Shown: positions 17,849 through 27,870, counted from the stretch's first letter. The stretch: 64,000 bases of DNA from Pontiella sp. (GCA_050290185.1 JBNKHE010000010.1:1-64000), one strand, 5' to 3'. Made by a program: numbers and translations. The notes: generated by a model from the letters alone, not told the origin.

Positions 17849-17957
17849 GTTTTTCAAGGGAATTTTTATCATTACATGCTTTTAAAGGTGCGCCATTCGC
17901 CATTCGCGCCATTCAGGTCAGCCCGTGAATTGTAGCATTTCTTCTGAGACAGGTGGT

Positions 17958-18123
17958 CGGTCCTACGGCCGTCCGAGCCGACCGCAGGGAGACGGGCTTT
18001 GCTAAGGCAAAGCAATGAGCGCAGCGAGTGGCAACACAGAGCCTGATCAACAAGATCATCCGCCACCGCCAAAGCTAGGGCGGACAAGTGAATTGCGGCG
18101 ACGGATGTTTTCTTTGGGATCTT
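17958..18123 (+). repeat. Family A intergenic repeat, copy 1 of 4
   Basis: Core CCGTCCGAGCCGACCGCAGGGAGACGGGCTTTGCTAA.GCAAAGCAATGAG.GCAGCGAGTGGCAACAC.GAGCC.GAT is shared with copies at about 20284, 23044 and 26880. Confidence 0.92.
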
Positions 18124-18291
18124 GAATCACTCCCTTCGGTCGTTACCGCCTAGCGGCAGTTCATGAGGGCCTTTCTATTATCGCATTGTGCCTGTTTCGA
18201 TCCCCGTTCAGGCATGTGTGCGGATATAATCGTTGACCACCATTGTGGCGGCCGGGCGATTCGATATATACATATGCAAAGCCGGAACTGC

Positions 18292-19569
18292 ATGATGGGA
18301 TTAATCGCTTACAGAAAAAAGACGTGGTACCGCATCGACAGTGCGGCCAAGATTTTTCCTGCCATTGTCACCAACCGTTCATCGACGGTATTTCGCCTGT
18401 CCGCCACTCTGAATGAAGCAGTTGTTCCAGACCGGCTCCAGCAGGCGCTGGATCAAACCATCGAGCGATTTCCCGGGTTTAAGGTCAGGCTGCGGGCGGG
18501 CCTTTTCTGGAACTACTTCCAGGAAGTCCGGCATACGCCGCTGATTCAGGAGGAACGGTATGCTCCCTGCCGGCCCATGCATTTAGGCCGTGATCGAACG
18601 TTTCAGTTCCGGGTACTCTACTTCCGGAAGCGTATCGCCCTCGAATGCGCCCACGTACTGAGCGATGGCACCGGAGCCCGGGAATTCCTGTTGCTGCTGC
18701 TCCAGCACTACCTTCAGAGTGAAACGCCATTCACTTCGCTGGTTGATCCGGCCGGTCCGCCGTCCCCGGAAGAGTGGGAGGATGGATACCTCAAGTACTA
18801 CAACGCGGATATCCCTCCGCCCAGGCGATCCCTGGGGGCCTACCACCTTCCCAATCCCCTCACGATCGACAGTGGGCGCACCATTACGGCCAGGCTGCCT
18901 TGCATGGCCTTGAAAAACCTGGCCAAAGAGAACGGTGTGACCATTACCGAATATCTCGTTGCCACTTGGCTCGCATCCCTGCAGGAACTGCATGCAAACA
19001 ATCCGCGTCGATCCCGCCTGCTGCCGCTCCGCGTCATGGTGCCGGTCAACCTGCGGGCCATGTATCCCTCCAAAACATTACGCAACTTTTTTCTTACCGT
19101 GTTGCCGGGAATCGACTTGCGACTGGGGGTGTTTTCTTTTCGGGAAATCCTCGATACGGTGCACCATTACATGCAGGTGGAGGTGAATGAAAAATACATC
19201 AACCAGCAGATTCGCCAGATGGTGGACGTCGGCACCCTGCCTGCGGTAAAATGGTTGCCCCTGATGGTGAAAGCACCCTTTAACAGGATTATCTATCGCT
19301 ATATTGCGACCCGGAAACATTCGGGTGTAATGACCAATCTGGGATTGGTTCGGTTGCCGGAGGAAGCCCGGGAGGCTATTGAACGGTTTGATTTCATCCC
19401 GAATCCCAACCCGATCACCAAAGCGAATGTCGGCATCATCAGTTATGGAGAATGGACCACGATCACCGTGGGCACACAGGCGCTCTACAAAGATGTGGAA
19501 CGTCTCTTTTTCAGCCGCTTGCGCAAGGCCGGACTCGCCATACGCATTGAAACCAATGAGAAGGAGTAA
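18292..19569 (+). CDS. Alcohol acetyltransferase / CoA-dependent acyltransferase (condensation-like fold)
   Basis: WY.ID..AKIFP, VFRLS, LRAGLFWNY, catalytic HVLSDG (HxxxDG), VPVNLR..YPSKTLRNF and TNLG. Start uncertain (18274-18295). Confidence 0.8.
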   Translation: MMGLIAYRKKTWYRIDSAAKIFPAIVTNRSSTVFRLSATLNEAVVPDRLQQALDQTIERFPGFKVRLRAGLFWNYFQEVRHTPLIQEERYAPCRPMHLGRDRTFQFRVLYFRKRIALECAHVLSDGTGAREFLLLLLQHYLQSETPFTSLVDPAGPPSPEEWEDGYLKYYNADIPPPRRSLGAYHLPNPLTIDSGRTITARLPCMALKNLAKENGVTITEYLVATWLASLQELHANNPRRSRLLPLRVMVPVNLRAMYPSKTLRNFFLTVLPGIDLRLGVFSFREILDTVHHYMQVEVNEKYINQQIRQMVDVGTLPAVKWLPLMVKAPFNRIIYRYIATRKHSGVMTNLGLVRLPEEAREAIERFDFIPNPNPITKANVGIISYGEWTTITVGTQALYKDVERLFFSRLRKAGLAIRIETNEKE

Positions 19570-19571
19570 CC

Positions 19572-20268
19572 GTGGCATATTGTTCAAAGTGTGGAAGTTG
19601 AAGCGGAACGGACAACCTGTCCACTCTGCAACGTGCCGATCCATCGGTACGAAGAAGAGCCTGAACATTCATCGTTGTGGCCGGTTCAGCGGGAACTTCC
19701 GGCGGAAAAAAAGCGGACCAGGCGGTTCCTCGCCCTGTTGCCGCTATTGATCATACTGACCGTTGCCTTCATGATCATTCTGGTAGTTGCCCCGAGGGTG
19801 GAGGGATCCCTGCTTTGGAGCCGGTATACCCTCACGACCCTGGGTGCCCTTTTTTCGGCCTGCACGGGAATCATTATTCTTGGCGACACCAGAATTCTTA
19901 CCCTGGGATGGATCACGGCTTCCGTCCTGGCCATGCTGTGGTTCTTTGATGCCTTCGATGGTGGGCCTAGCTGGTTCTCCCCGGTTGGGCTTCCCATAAC
20001 GCTGATTATTGCCCTCTATGGCAAGCTTTCCCTGATTGGTGCCGACCTGTGGGGGAAGCGCTATGGTATCCAGGCGATGATCCAGTCACTGCTGCTCACC
20101 CTGCTTTGCCTTTCCCTGGACGGAGTTATCAGTACCTATCGCGATACCGGCATCTTTACCTGGTCACCGATAGTTGCCGCCCCGTTGATGGTTTTGTTTG
20201 CCGTCGCGGCATTGAGCAGTTTTGTGTTGAACCGGTTTGTCGACTTTGAAAAATTTTTCCACCGATAG
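19572..20268 (+). pseudogene. DUF6320-like membrane protein with N-terminal zinc ribbon, frameshifted near codon 8
   Basis: AAGGAG RBS plus GTG 19572 gives MAYCSKCGS-stop. The continuation VEVEAERTTCPLC plus transmembrane helices ending EKFFHR is in another frame from 19591. Confidence 0.6.
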
Positions 20269-20283
20269 CCACGGAGCGCTCCA

Positions 20284-20545
20284 ATGACCGTCCGAGCCGA
20301 CCGCAGGGAGACGGGCTTTGCTAAAGCAAAGCAATGAGTGCAGCGAGTGGCAACACGGAGCCGGATCAACACGATCATCCGCCACCGCCAAAGGCTTCCA
20401 CCTTTGCTGAAGGTTGCCAAGATTCTTCGCTATTCGCTCAAAATCATCTTCGGTCATTGTTTTCGCTGGCTCAAACCTCGCTTCGCGTCGGCAGACAAGA
20501 GGGCGGACAAGTGAATCACGGCAACGGATATTTTCATTTTCTTTT
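20284..20545 (+). repeat. Family A intergenic repeat, copy 2, with a ~100-bp internal insertion
   Basis: Core at 20284-20396, then extra sequence, then the AGGGCGGACAAGTGAATC.CGGCAACGGAT tail resumes at about 20500. Confidence 0.88.
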
Positions 20546-20810
20546 GAGGGTCGCCTCCCTCTGTCGGCAGTTCATGGTGAATCGTTATTTGTTATTGGGG
20601 GGGGCTTCGTGGCTGAACATTCGCAGTCAATGACCTGTTCTGCATCGAAAGCGGCGTCAATGCGATGTTCCTACCCCTATCGTACCGCAGGTGGCTTGCC
20701 TGCAGTATTTCTCAATCAAACTGAAGAGGGTTGTGTTAAAAAACGTTGGAGATCTGGATTTGAACAGAAGGGCAAAAGCAGAAAGAATCATCATGAGAGG
20801 AAATTCCAGT

Positions 20811-22910
20811 ATGAAAACAATATGTCGTTCGCTTCGGTATCTGCTTTGCGCGATGATTCTTTCCGGCTGCTCAACCGGCAGCAGCCAGGTCCAGATCCAG
20901 GCCCCCGCGCCTTGCGGCCCGGTTCCATCGGAAAACCAGTTGCGCTGGCAGAAGATGGAAATGTATGCCTTTTTGCATTTTTCGTTGAACACCTATACCG
21001 ACCAGTCGTGGGGGTACGGCAACGAGGATGTCAGCCTCTTCAATCCTGAAAACGTGGACTGCCGCCAGTGGGCCCGGATTTGCAGGGAAGCGGGGATGAA
21101 AGGTATAATCATAACGGCAAAGCACCACTGCGGGTTTTGTCTCTGGCCGTCCAGGTACACGGAGTATTCCGTAAAGAACGCGCCATGGAAAAACGGCAAG
21201 GGTGATCTGGTTCGCGAAATGTCCGACGCCTGCAGGGAATACGGCCTGAAGTTCGGGGTCTATCTTTCCCCCTGGGACCGGAACCGTGTGGACTATGGAA
21301 AACCTGAATACATCACCTATTTCCGGAACCAGCTGACCGAACTGCTTACCAACTATGGACCCGTTTTCGAAGTATGGTTCGATGGCGCCAACGGAGGAAG
21401 CGGATATTACGGCGGCGCCGATGAAACCCGTACCATCGACCGCACCACCTACTACGACTGGTCGAACACCTACAAACTCGTGCGCAAACTGCAACCGGAG
21501 ATCGTCATATGGAACGATGGCGGCGACCGCGCCGATTTGCGCTGGGTGGGGACCGAAGCGGGCTTTGTCGGCGAAACCAACTGGAGTCTGCTGAACGGCA
21601 AGGGCGACGTGGAGTGGGACATGCTGCATTGCGGGCTGGAATCCGGCGATTCCTGGGTGCCTGCCGAAGTCAACACGTCCATCCGCCCGGAATGGTTCTA
21701 CCATCCGAGCGAGGACGGCAAGGTGAAGACCGTGCCGCAGCTCATGGACCTCTATTACAACTCCGTGGGTCGCAACGCGACCATGCTGCTCAACTTCCCG
21801 ATCATGCCCAACGGATTGATCCATCCGACCGATGAGCAAAACGCGCTGGGAATGGCCAAGGTTATCAAGGACACGTTTGACGTAAATCTGGCCGACGACT
21901 CCACGGCGGACGCGTCGAACGTTCGCGGGAACGCGGAGGAATTCGCGGCGGCCAACGCAGTAGACAAAGACCTGGACAGCTATTGGGCCACCGATGATGA
22001 AGTAAAGACCGCTTCGTTGACCATCGAGCTGAAGAAGCCGGCCCTCTTTAACCGTTTTCTGGTGCAGGAACAGATTCGCCTGGGACAGCGCGTGAAGGCC
22101 TTCACGGTTGAAGCGCTCGTCGGCGACGAGTGGAAGGAAGTGGGACGCGGATCGACGATTGGATACAAACGCATCCTGCGTTTCCCGAGTGTCAAGGCCT
22201 CGAAGGTCCGCCTTACCATTACCGACTCGAAATGCTGCCCGGTGATTTCCAATATCGGCATCTACAATGCACCGGTATTCCTGAATGCGCCGTCGATTAT
22301 CAGAAACCAGGCCGGCGAAGTCTCCATTTCAACGGATGATATCGGCCCGTTTTTCTACTACACACTGGACGGCAGCAGGCCGACCCCGAAATCGGCAAGA
22401 TATACCACTCCCGTGCCGACGGACGGAAAGGTTACCGTAAAGGCCATCGCCTGTGATCCCGCCACGGGAGAGAGCAGCCCGGTCGCTCTGGAAGAATTCG
22501 ACATGTGCCGCAAGGACTGGAAGATCGTCGATACGGACGATGGGAAAGCGTACGCCGTCCTCGACGGAAACACCTCGTCGACCTGGCACCAGGGCCGGGA
22601 CCAAGGCATGCCCGTTGATCTGGTCATCGATATGGGAAGCAGGCAACCCCTCTGCGGGTTTAAATACTTTCCGGATCAGGGCAGGTGGGGTCCTGGCATG
22701 ATTACCGAATACACGTTCTATGTGTCGGAGGACGGTAAACAATGGGAGATGGTGGATCAGGGCGAATTCTCCAACATCAAGAACAACCCGGTCTGGCAGA
22801 TCAGGGAATTTTCATCGGTGCCGGCCCGCTACTTCAAGCTGCGCGCCTTGAAGAACACAGGCGACAATGACCATGTCGGCTATGCCGAAGTAGATGTGAT
22901 CACAAAATAA
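20811..22910 (+). CDS. Alpha-L-fucosidase GH29 lipoprotein with F5/8-type C and FN3-associated domains
   Basis: Lipobox ILSGC; Q..WQ..E..AFLHF..NT, TAKHHCGFCLWPS, YLSPWDRN, EVWFDGA and SIRP.WFYH; YYTLDGSRPT; two discoidin-like domains. Confidence 0.92.
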   Translation: MKTICRSLRYLLCAMILSGCSTGSSQVQIQAPAPCGPVPSENQLRWQKMEMYAFLHFSLNTYTDQSWGYGNEDVSLFNPENVDCRQWARICREAGMKGIIITAKHHCGFCLWPSRYTEYSVKNAPWKNGKGDLVREMSDACREYGLKFGVYLSPWDRNRVDYGKPEYITYFRNQLTELLTNYGPVFEVWFDGANGGSGYYGGADETRTIDRTTYYDWSNTYKLVRKLQPEIVIWNDGGDRADLRWVGTEAGFVGETNWSLLNGKGDVEWDMLHCGLESGDSWVPAEVNTSIRPEWFYHPSEDGKVKTVPQLMDLYYNSVGRNATMLLNFPIMPNGLIHPTDEQNALGMAKVIKDTFDVNLADDSTADASNVRGNAEEFAAANAVDKDLDSYWATDDEVKTASLTIELKKPALFNRFLVQEQIRLGQRVKAFTVEALVGDEWKEVGRGSTIGYKRILRFPSVKASKVRLTITDSKCCPVISNIGIYNAPVFLNAPSIIRNQAGEVSISTDDIGPFFYYTLDGSRPTPKSARYTTPVPTDGKVTVKAIACDPATGESSPVALEEFDMCRKDWKIVDTDDGKAYAVLDGNTSSTWHQGRDQGMPVDLVIDMGSRQPLCGFKYFPDQGRWGPGMITEYTFYVSEDGKQWEMVDQGEFSNIKNNPVWQIREFSSVPARYFKLRALKNTGDNDHVGYAEVDVITK

Positions 22911-22974
22911 TCAGCCAATGAGCGAACGAACAGAATCCCATTTTTCGCCTTCAGACTTCATAATCCCGTAATAT

Positions 22975-23033
22975 TGGAATGCGGGGTCAGGTCTGAATAA
23001 TCAACATATGGCCTATGTGGATGTAGAAAATTA
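22975..23033 (+). repeat. REP-like element (family C), partial copy
   Basis: 59 bp identical to 27871-27929. Confidence 0.85.
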
Positions 23034-23043
23034 GGCGCAGGGC

Positions 23044-23209
23044 CGGTCCTATGACCGTCCGAGCCGACCGCAGGGAGACGGGCTTTGCTAAAGCAAAGCA
23101 ATGAGTGCAGCGAGTGGCAACACAGAGCCTGATGAATACGATCATCCGCCACCGCCAAAGCTAGGGCGGACAAGTGAATCGCGGCAACGGATGTTTTCTT
23201 TGGGATCTT
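23044..23209 (+). repeat. Family A intergenic repeat, copy 3
   Basis: Colinear with copy 1 over about 165 bp. Confidence 0.92.
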
Positions 23210-23612
23210 TGCGGGTCTGCGTGGCTAAACATTTGCAGTCAATGACCTGTGCTGCATCGAAAGCGGCGACAATGTCGCGCGCACTCCACAGCGGCTTCGC
23301 CGCACATCGTTTTCCAATCCTTCGAAAGGGTCGTTATCGGAATTCGGCTACGGCTCCCGCTGCCCTCCCAAAACCATGTATGCGTGGTACTGTAACATAT
23401 CATGCAAAGTCAATGTATGTTCAGGTTTTGGGGAAACGCGGTTATACATGTGCTATTAAATGCGTATCAGGAATCGTAAATCCATGGTTGTGCCTTCCGG
23501 TTGCACATTTTCCTCCAAGCTCTGGAAAGATGGGTAGCGACGATGGTTTGGGGTTGCACCCACGCTGGCTTCGAATGTTACGCTTGATGATTCAAAGAAA
23601 AAGAGGAACGAA

Positions 23613-26600
23613 ATGCAGTTAATGAGGTGTTTTCGAATTGGAGCCGTTTTGCTCTTGTCCTCGCTGGCAGTCCATGCCGCCATTCCGGCCGACCAGCCAC
23701 TTCCGACTCCGACCTACGGAATCAACCTGGGCAACACGCTCGAGCCGCCGAATGGCGAGGGCTCCTGGGGGCCTGCCGCCACCCAGGCGGTGATCAACTC
23801 GATGGCGGCTTCGGGATTCAATTGCATTCGCATTCCGTGCGCATGGGACAGCAACGCGGACCCATCCACCTACCAGATCGACCCGGTCTTCATGGCGCGG
23901 GTCAAGCAGGTGGTGGACTGGGCCATTGCCGCAGGCCTGTATGTCGTGGTCAACGACCATTGGGATGGCGGCTGGATGGAAAACAACCTTACGACCAACG
24001 TGGATTCGGTGATCAACGCAAAGATGCAGTCCTACTGGACGCAGATCGCCACCGAGTTCGCCGGCTACGACAACCATCTGGTCTTTGCCGCAGCGAACGA
24101 ACCCAGCGTGGCCAGTCCCGAGGTGATGAACACGTTGCAGGTCTACTACCAGACCTTTGTCGACGCGGTGCGCGGCACCGGCGGCAACAACACCAACCGC
24201 TGGCTGGTGCTGCAAAGTGTGTCGGAACCATCATGGATGGACACCCTGCCGGCGGACCCGACTCCCAGCCGCATGATGGTCGAATACCATCAGTACACGC
24301 CTTCGCTGTTCACGATCATCCACACCGATCAAACGTGGGGCAATGCGATGTACTACTGGGGGGCGGCTTATCATTATTCGGGCGACCCCTCCCGCAATGC
24401 CACCTGGGGGGAAGAAGACGAGATCGACGCGTTCTACCAACAGTTGCATGACCAGTATGTCAGCAAGGGCATTCCGGTCATGATCGGCGAATTCGGGGCG
24501 TGGACATCGTCCCTTAGCGGGACGGCGGCGACATGGAATCGTAATTCCACGCTCTACTGGGACAAGTATGCCGCGGAATCCGCCCGTGCCCACGGAATCC
24601 ACCCCTTTTTCTGGACCATTCAAAGCGATGTATTCGATTGGACCACCGGCGCGGTCCTGGATCCGGACGCGGTTAACGTCTTGACCGGTGGAGACGCACC
24701 GCCGCCTCCGAACGGGGCCCCCTACGCGGTGAGCGGCCTGACCGCCACGACCGCAGGAACCGGCCAGATCGACCTGTCCTGGAACGCCGCCAGCGGTGCC
24801 GCCAGCTACAACCTCTACCGGGCGGTGGGATCCGGGGACGAGTGCAACATCGCCCCGTTCGCCACCGGCGTCACCGGCACATCCTACTCCGATAGCGGCC
24901 TCAACGATGGCACGACCTACTACTACCAGGTGGTCGCCGTCAACGGCTCCGGGCAGTCGGGTTTCACGGCCGAAGCCCATGCGACGACCCCCGGCACCAA
25001 CCCGGATCCGGCGCAATACAACTTCGAAACCGACCCGCAGGGTTGGGCGGCAAGTGGCAATGAAATCGCTGGAGTAGCAACTTCGACCACGAAGCACTAT
25101 GCGGGCAACCAGTCGTTGGCCGTAAACTTCAACGGTACGGCAGGCGGTACATCGACGGTGTCCCTGGACAGTGCGGTCGTGCCCGTAGGCGCGACCGTTA
25201 CCTTCCATGTCTGGATACCGGCCGGACACGCGATCTCCACGGTAGAGCCCTGGATGCAGGATAAAGACTGGAACTGGACCCAAACCTGGTACGGAAGTTT
25301 CACTGCCAACGCTTGGAATACGTTCACCCTGACGGTTCCGTCGACCGCCACGACGCCTTTCAATGCCTTCGGTCTGCGGTTTACGACGAGCGCTGGCTGG
25401 ACCGGTACCTGCTACATCGATTCCATCTCCTGGAGCATCCCGGCGCCTGTAGCGCCGACGGGGCTGACTGCAACCCAGTCGGGTTCGGCGGTATCGTTGT
25501 CCTGGGGTTGGGCTTCCGATGTGGACAGCTACACCGTCAAACGCAGCACCACCAGCGGAAGCGGCTATGCAACGATTGCAACCGGCGTGGCGTCGCCGAG
25601 CTACACCGACAACAGCGTGGTCAGCGGAACGACCTACTACTACGTGGTTTCGGCGGCCAATGCCTCCGGCTCCAGCCCGGATTCAGGCGAAGCCAGTGCA
25701 ACAAGCGGTGTCGCGGACGATCTTGCCAATGCGGACATCGCGGTCAGCGGCACGGTGTCGGGTAGCTATGCGGCCACGCAGGCCAGCGACAACACCTATG
25801 AGACGCTCACGGAAGTTGATGGCGGGAGCGGAAAGCCCTCCAATCACTACTCGTTGCTGGAGCATAAGTGGACGTTCAATGTTACGGGTGGAGATTCCGT
25901 GGTCTTTTCCGTGGAGGCCTACAAACCAGCCAACAGCGACGGGGATGATTTCGTATTCGCCTACTCGACGGACAACGTGAACTACACCGACATGCTGACG
26001 GTAACGAAGACGGCCGACGACAACATTGCGCAGTCGTACACCCTGCCGGCCAGCGTAAGCGGCACGGTCTATATCCGCGTGCGCGATACCGACAGAACAG
26101 CGGGGAACAGAAGCTATGACTCGGTTTACATTGATGAAATGTTCATCCATTCCGTGTCGGCTCCGCCGGTCGCTGCTCCGGCCTCGAATCCATCGCCGTC
26201 CGACGGCGCGACGGGGATTGCGCTTTCGACCGATCTTGGCTGGACGGTGGGGTCCAATGCGGATTCGCACTGGGTCTTCTTCGGGTACGATTCCAATACC
26301 GTGGCCACGGCAACCACCAACTCGACCGAGTTCATGGGCGCCCAGTCCGGCTCCGTGTATGCCGTGGGGCCGCTGGCTTCTAGCGGTCGGTTCTACTGGC
26401 GCATCGATGAAGTAACGGCGGGCGGCTCGGCTACGGTCGGTCCGGTGTGGTCCTTCGCCACCACCAACGTTCCTGCCGAGTTCAATGCCGACACCGTTGG
26501 CACAATCGTCTCAGGCGATACCTTCGATCTGGGCATCCAAAGTAGCCAAGGGCAAACCTACCGCATCGAATCTACTGAAAACCTGCTGGACAATCCTGTG

Positions 26601-26711
26601 GTTTGGACGGTCCTGTCGAACAATGTTCCCGGGACGGGAGGGGTTATCCACATCCAGGATGCGGGTCTTCCTGCCCAGCGGTACTACCGTGTTATTCTAC
26701 TTAACCCTTAA
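23613..26711 (+). CDS. Secreted modular GH5 endoglucanase/xyloglucanase-like enzyme with FN3 and CBM-like domains
   Basis: GINLGNTLE, IRIPCAW, VNDHWDGGW, NEP (acid/base), H.Y.P and IGEFG (nucleophile). Two FN3 repeats (GTTYYY.V.A.N..G.S); C-terminal ..RYYRV tail. Confidence 0.9.
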   Translation: MQLMRCFRIGAVLLLSSLAVHAAIPADQPLPTPTYGINLGNTLEPPNGEGSWGPAATQAVINSMAASGFNCIRIPCAWDSNADPSTYQIDPVFMARVKQVVDWAIAAGLYVVVNDHWDGGWMENNLTTNVDSVINAKMQSYWTQIATEFAGYDNHLVFAAANEPSVASPEVMNTLQVYYQTFVDAVRGTGGNNTNRWLVLQSVSEPSWMDTLPADPTPSRMMVEYHQYTPSLFTIIHTDQTWGNAMYYWGAAYHYSGDPSRNATWGEEDEIDAFYQQLHDQYVSKGIPVMIGEFGAWTSSLSGTAATWNRNSTLYWDKYAAESARAHGIHPFFWTIQSDVFDWTTGAVLDPDAVNVLTGGDAPPPPNGAPYAVSGLTATTAGTGQIDLSWNAASGAASYNLYRAVGSGDECNIAPFATGVTGTSYSDSGLNDGTTYYYQVVAVNGSGQSGFTAEAHATTPGTNPDPAQYNFETDPQGWAASGNEIAGVATSTTKHYAGNQSLAVNFNGTAGGTSTVSLDSAVVPVGATVTFHVWIPAGHAISTVEPWMQDKDWNWTQTWYGSFTANAWNTFTLTVPSTATTPFNAFGLRFTTSAGWTGTCYIDSISWSIPAPVAPTGLTATQSGSAVSLSWGWASDVDSYTVKRSTTSGSGYATIATGVASPSYTDNSVVSGTTYYYVVSAANASGSSPDSGEASATSGVADDLANADIAVSGTVSGSYAATQASDNTYETLTEVDGGSGKPSNHYSLLEHKWTFNVTGGDSVVFSVEAYKPANSDGDDFVFAYSTDNVNYTDMLTVTKTADDNIAQSYTLPASVSGTVYIRVRDTDRTAGNRSYDSVYIDEMFIHSVSAPPVAAPASNPSPSDGATGIALSTDLGWTVGSNADSHWVFFGYDSNTVATATTNSTEFMGAQSGSVYAVGPLASSGRFYWRIDEVTAGGSATVGPVWSFATTNVPAEFNADTVGTIVSGDTFDLGIQSSQGQTYRIESTENLLDNPVVWTVLSNNVPGTGGVIHIQDAGLPAQRYYRVILLNP

Positions 26712-26879
26712 AAGCAGCTCGATTTTAAGCGACCGTTCTCCGGAGCCTGCAAGACGACGCTGACCCAAGGTCGGTTGTCGTCTTGCATGGTGTGGGACAT
26801 GCATTTCCCATTGTCATGTATCAGGGGTCAGTCCTGAATGGCACTAAGTTAAGTCTGATTTGAGTGAACGGGCGCGGGG

Positions 26880-26980
26880 CCGGTTCTAGGACCGTCCGAG
26901 CCGACCGCAGGGAGACGGGCTTTGCTAAAGCAAAGCAATGAGTGCAGCGAGTGGCAACACAGAGCCTGATCAACACGATC
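26880..26980 (+). repeat. Family A intergenic repeat, copy 4 (3'-shortened)
   Basis: Core nearly identical to copies 2 and 3 through GAGCCTGATCAACACGATCA. Confidence 0.92.
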
Positions 26981-27109
26981 AGGAGCATCGCGGCAGGGGA
27001 TGTTTTCATTTTCTTTTTCGGATCGCCGCCCGCTAAGAAGGAACCCTTTGTGTTCTTTGTGGCTTTGTGAGCGTTAATTCATTGGGCAATGGGGGTGGGG
27101 GTACAGCTT

Positions 27110-27167
27110 TGAATAATCAATACAAGGCCTATGTGGATGTAGAAATTCTGACCTGAGCCCGACTTCC
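27110..27167 (+). repeat. REP-like element (family C), 3' half
   Basis: TGAATAATCAA...GGCCTATGTGGATGTAGAAA...GACCTGAGCCCGA.TTCCC matches 27890-27948. Confidence 0.8.
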
Positions 27168-27183
27168 CTCCATGTCGAAAAAG

Positions 27184-27217
27184 AAAAACGCCGCCCATAA
27201 AACTGGGGCGGCGTTTT
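27184..27217 (-). terminator. Rho-independent terminator, likely bidirectional
   Basis: AAAAACGCCGCCC-loop-GGGCGGCGTTTT, about 20 bp past the stop of the minus-strand lipoprotein gene. Confidence 0.75.
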
Positions 27218-27239
27218 GTATCCAGACGGGTATGGAGAC

Positions 27240-27752
27240 TTACTTCATGCGAATCATGGGAATCGGTCCCTCTTCAGGAGATATGCTATTTCCATCTTCG
27301 TCCAAGAGGGTAAGCTCGATGACATCCTTGTCCACGAAGGTCACGTAGGCCCCCGTTGCCCAGCCGAACTCCACGGTGGCTTGGCCATTGTCCACACGGG
27401 TGATTTTCCAGTCGGTTTCCTGGGTCTGGTCTTGGCCGGCCACGCGTTGTGTCGTCGATACCTTCCCGTTATTCTTGAACTCAAACGTCATTTCCACTTG
27501 CGCAACCTCGTCAATCATTGCCGCCATCGCCGCCGAGTTGTTGTCCAGGGAGTTTCCAGCCTTCTTTTCCTTTTCAGCCTTCTTTTCTATTTCGGCCTTC
27601 TTGGAAGCTATCATTTGCTCCTTATCCAGCTTCCATTTGCCAATTAGGTTTTTTTCGATATCGGGCTTGGTCATGGGCTTGCCGCCGCAACCTGTAATCA
27701 CTGCCGTCATCAATGCAAGTGCAGGTACAACAGCCAAATATGAACGTCTCAT
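27240..27752 (-). CDS. Hypothetical lipoprotein (lipocalin-like LIGKWKL motif)
   Basis: MRRSYLAVVPALALMTAVITGC lipobox; GGAGG upstream of ATG 27752. Confidence 0.75.
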   Translation of the reverse strand: MRRSYLAVVPALALMTAVITGCGGKPMTKPDIEKNLIGKWKLDKEQMIASKKAEIEKKAEKEKKAGNSLDNNSAAMAAMIDEVAQVEMTFEFKNNGKVSTTQRVAGQDQTQETDWKITRVDNGQATVEFGWATGAYVTFVDKDVIELTLLDEDGNSISPEEGPIPMIRMK

Positions 27753-27870
27753 CTCTTCTTCCTCCTTGTGCTTTTTGTGTCGGTCCAGACGACTGGAGCA
27801 CTCACTCCTCAAAGACGAATTGACATTTCACATGTTGAAAAAATCATAATGAAATATCAGGTTTCGTCAA

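Noticed and set aside
17888..17920. GCGCCATTCGCCATTC..GCCATTCAGG resembles the lacZ-alpha segment of cloning vectors
   Set aside because: The match is only about 20 bp, consists of a GCCATTC triple repeat, and the flanks are not vector-like.
17872..18087. Short ORFs over repeats (also 20136-20633, 22958-23622, 26821-27009, 8864-9202, 27979-28211, 28726-29037)
   Set aside because: Their mutual similarity comes from the non-coding repeats. Frames and ends differ between copies, and there are no RBSs or protein motifs.
17958..26980. Family A repeats as a CRISPR array
   Set aside because: Units are over 100 bp and separated by kilobases of genes rather than 30-40-bp spacers; no cas genes are present.
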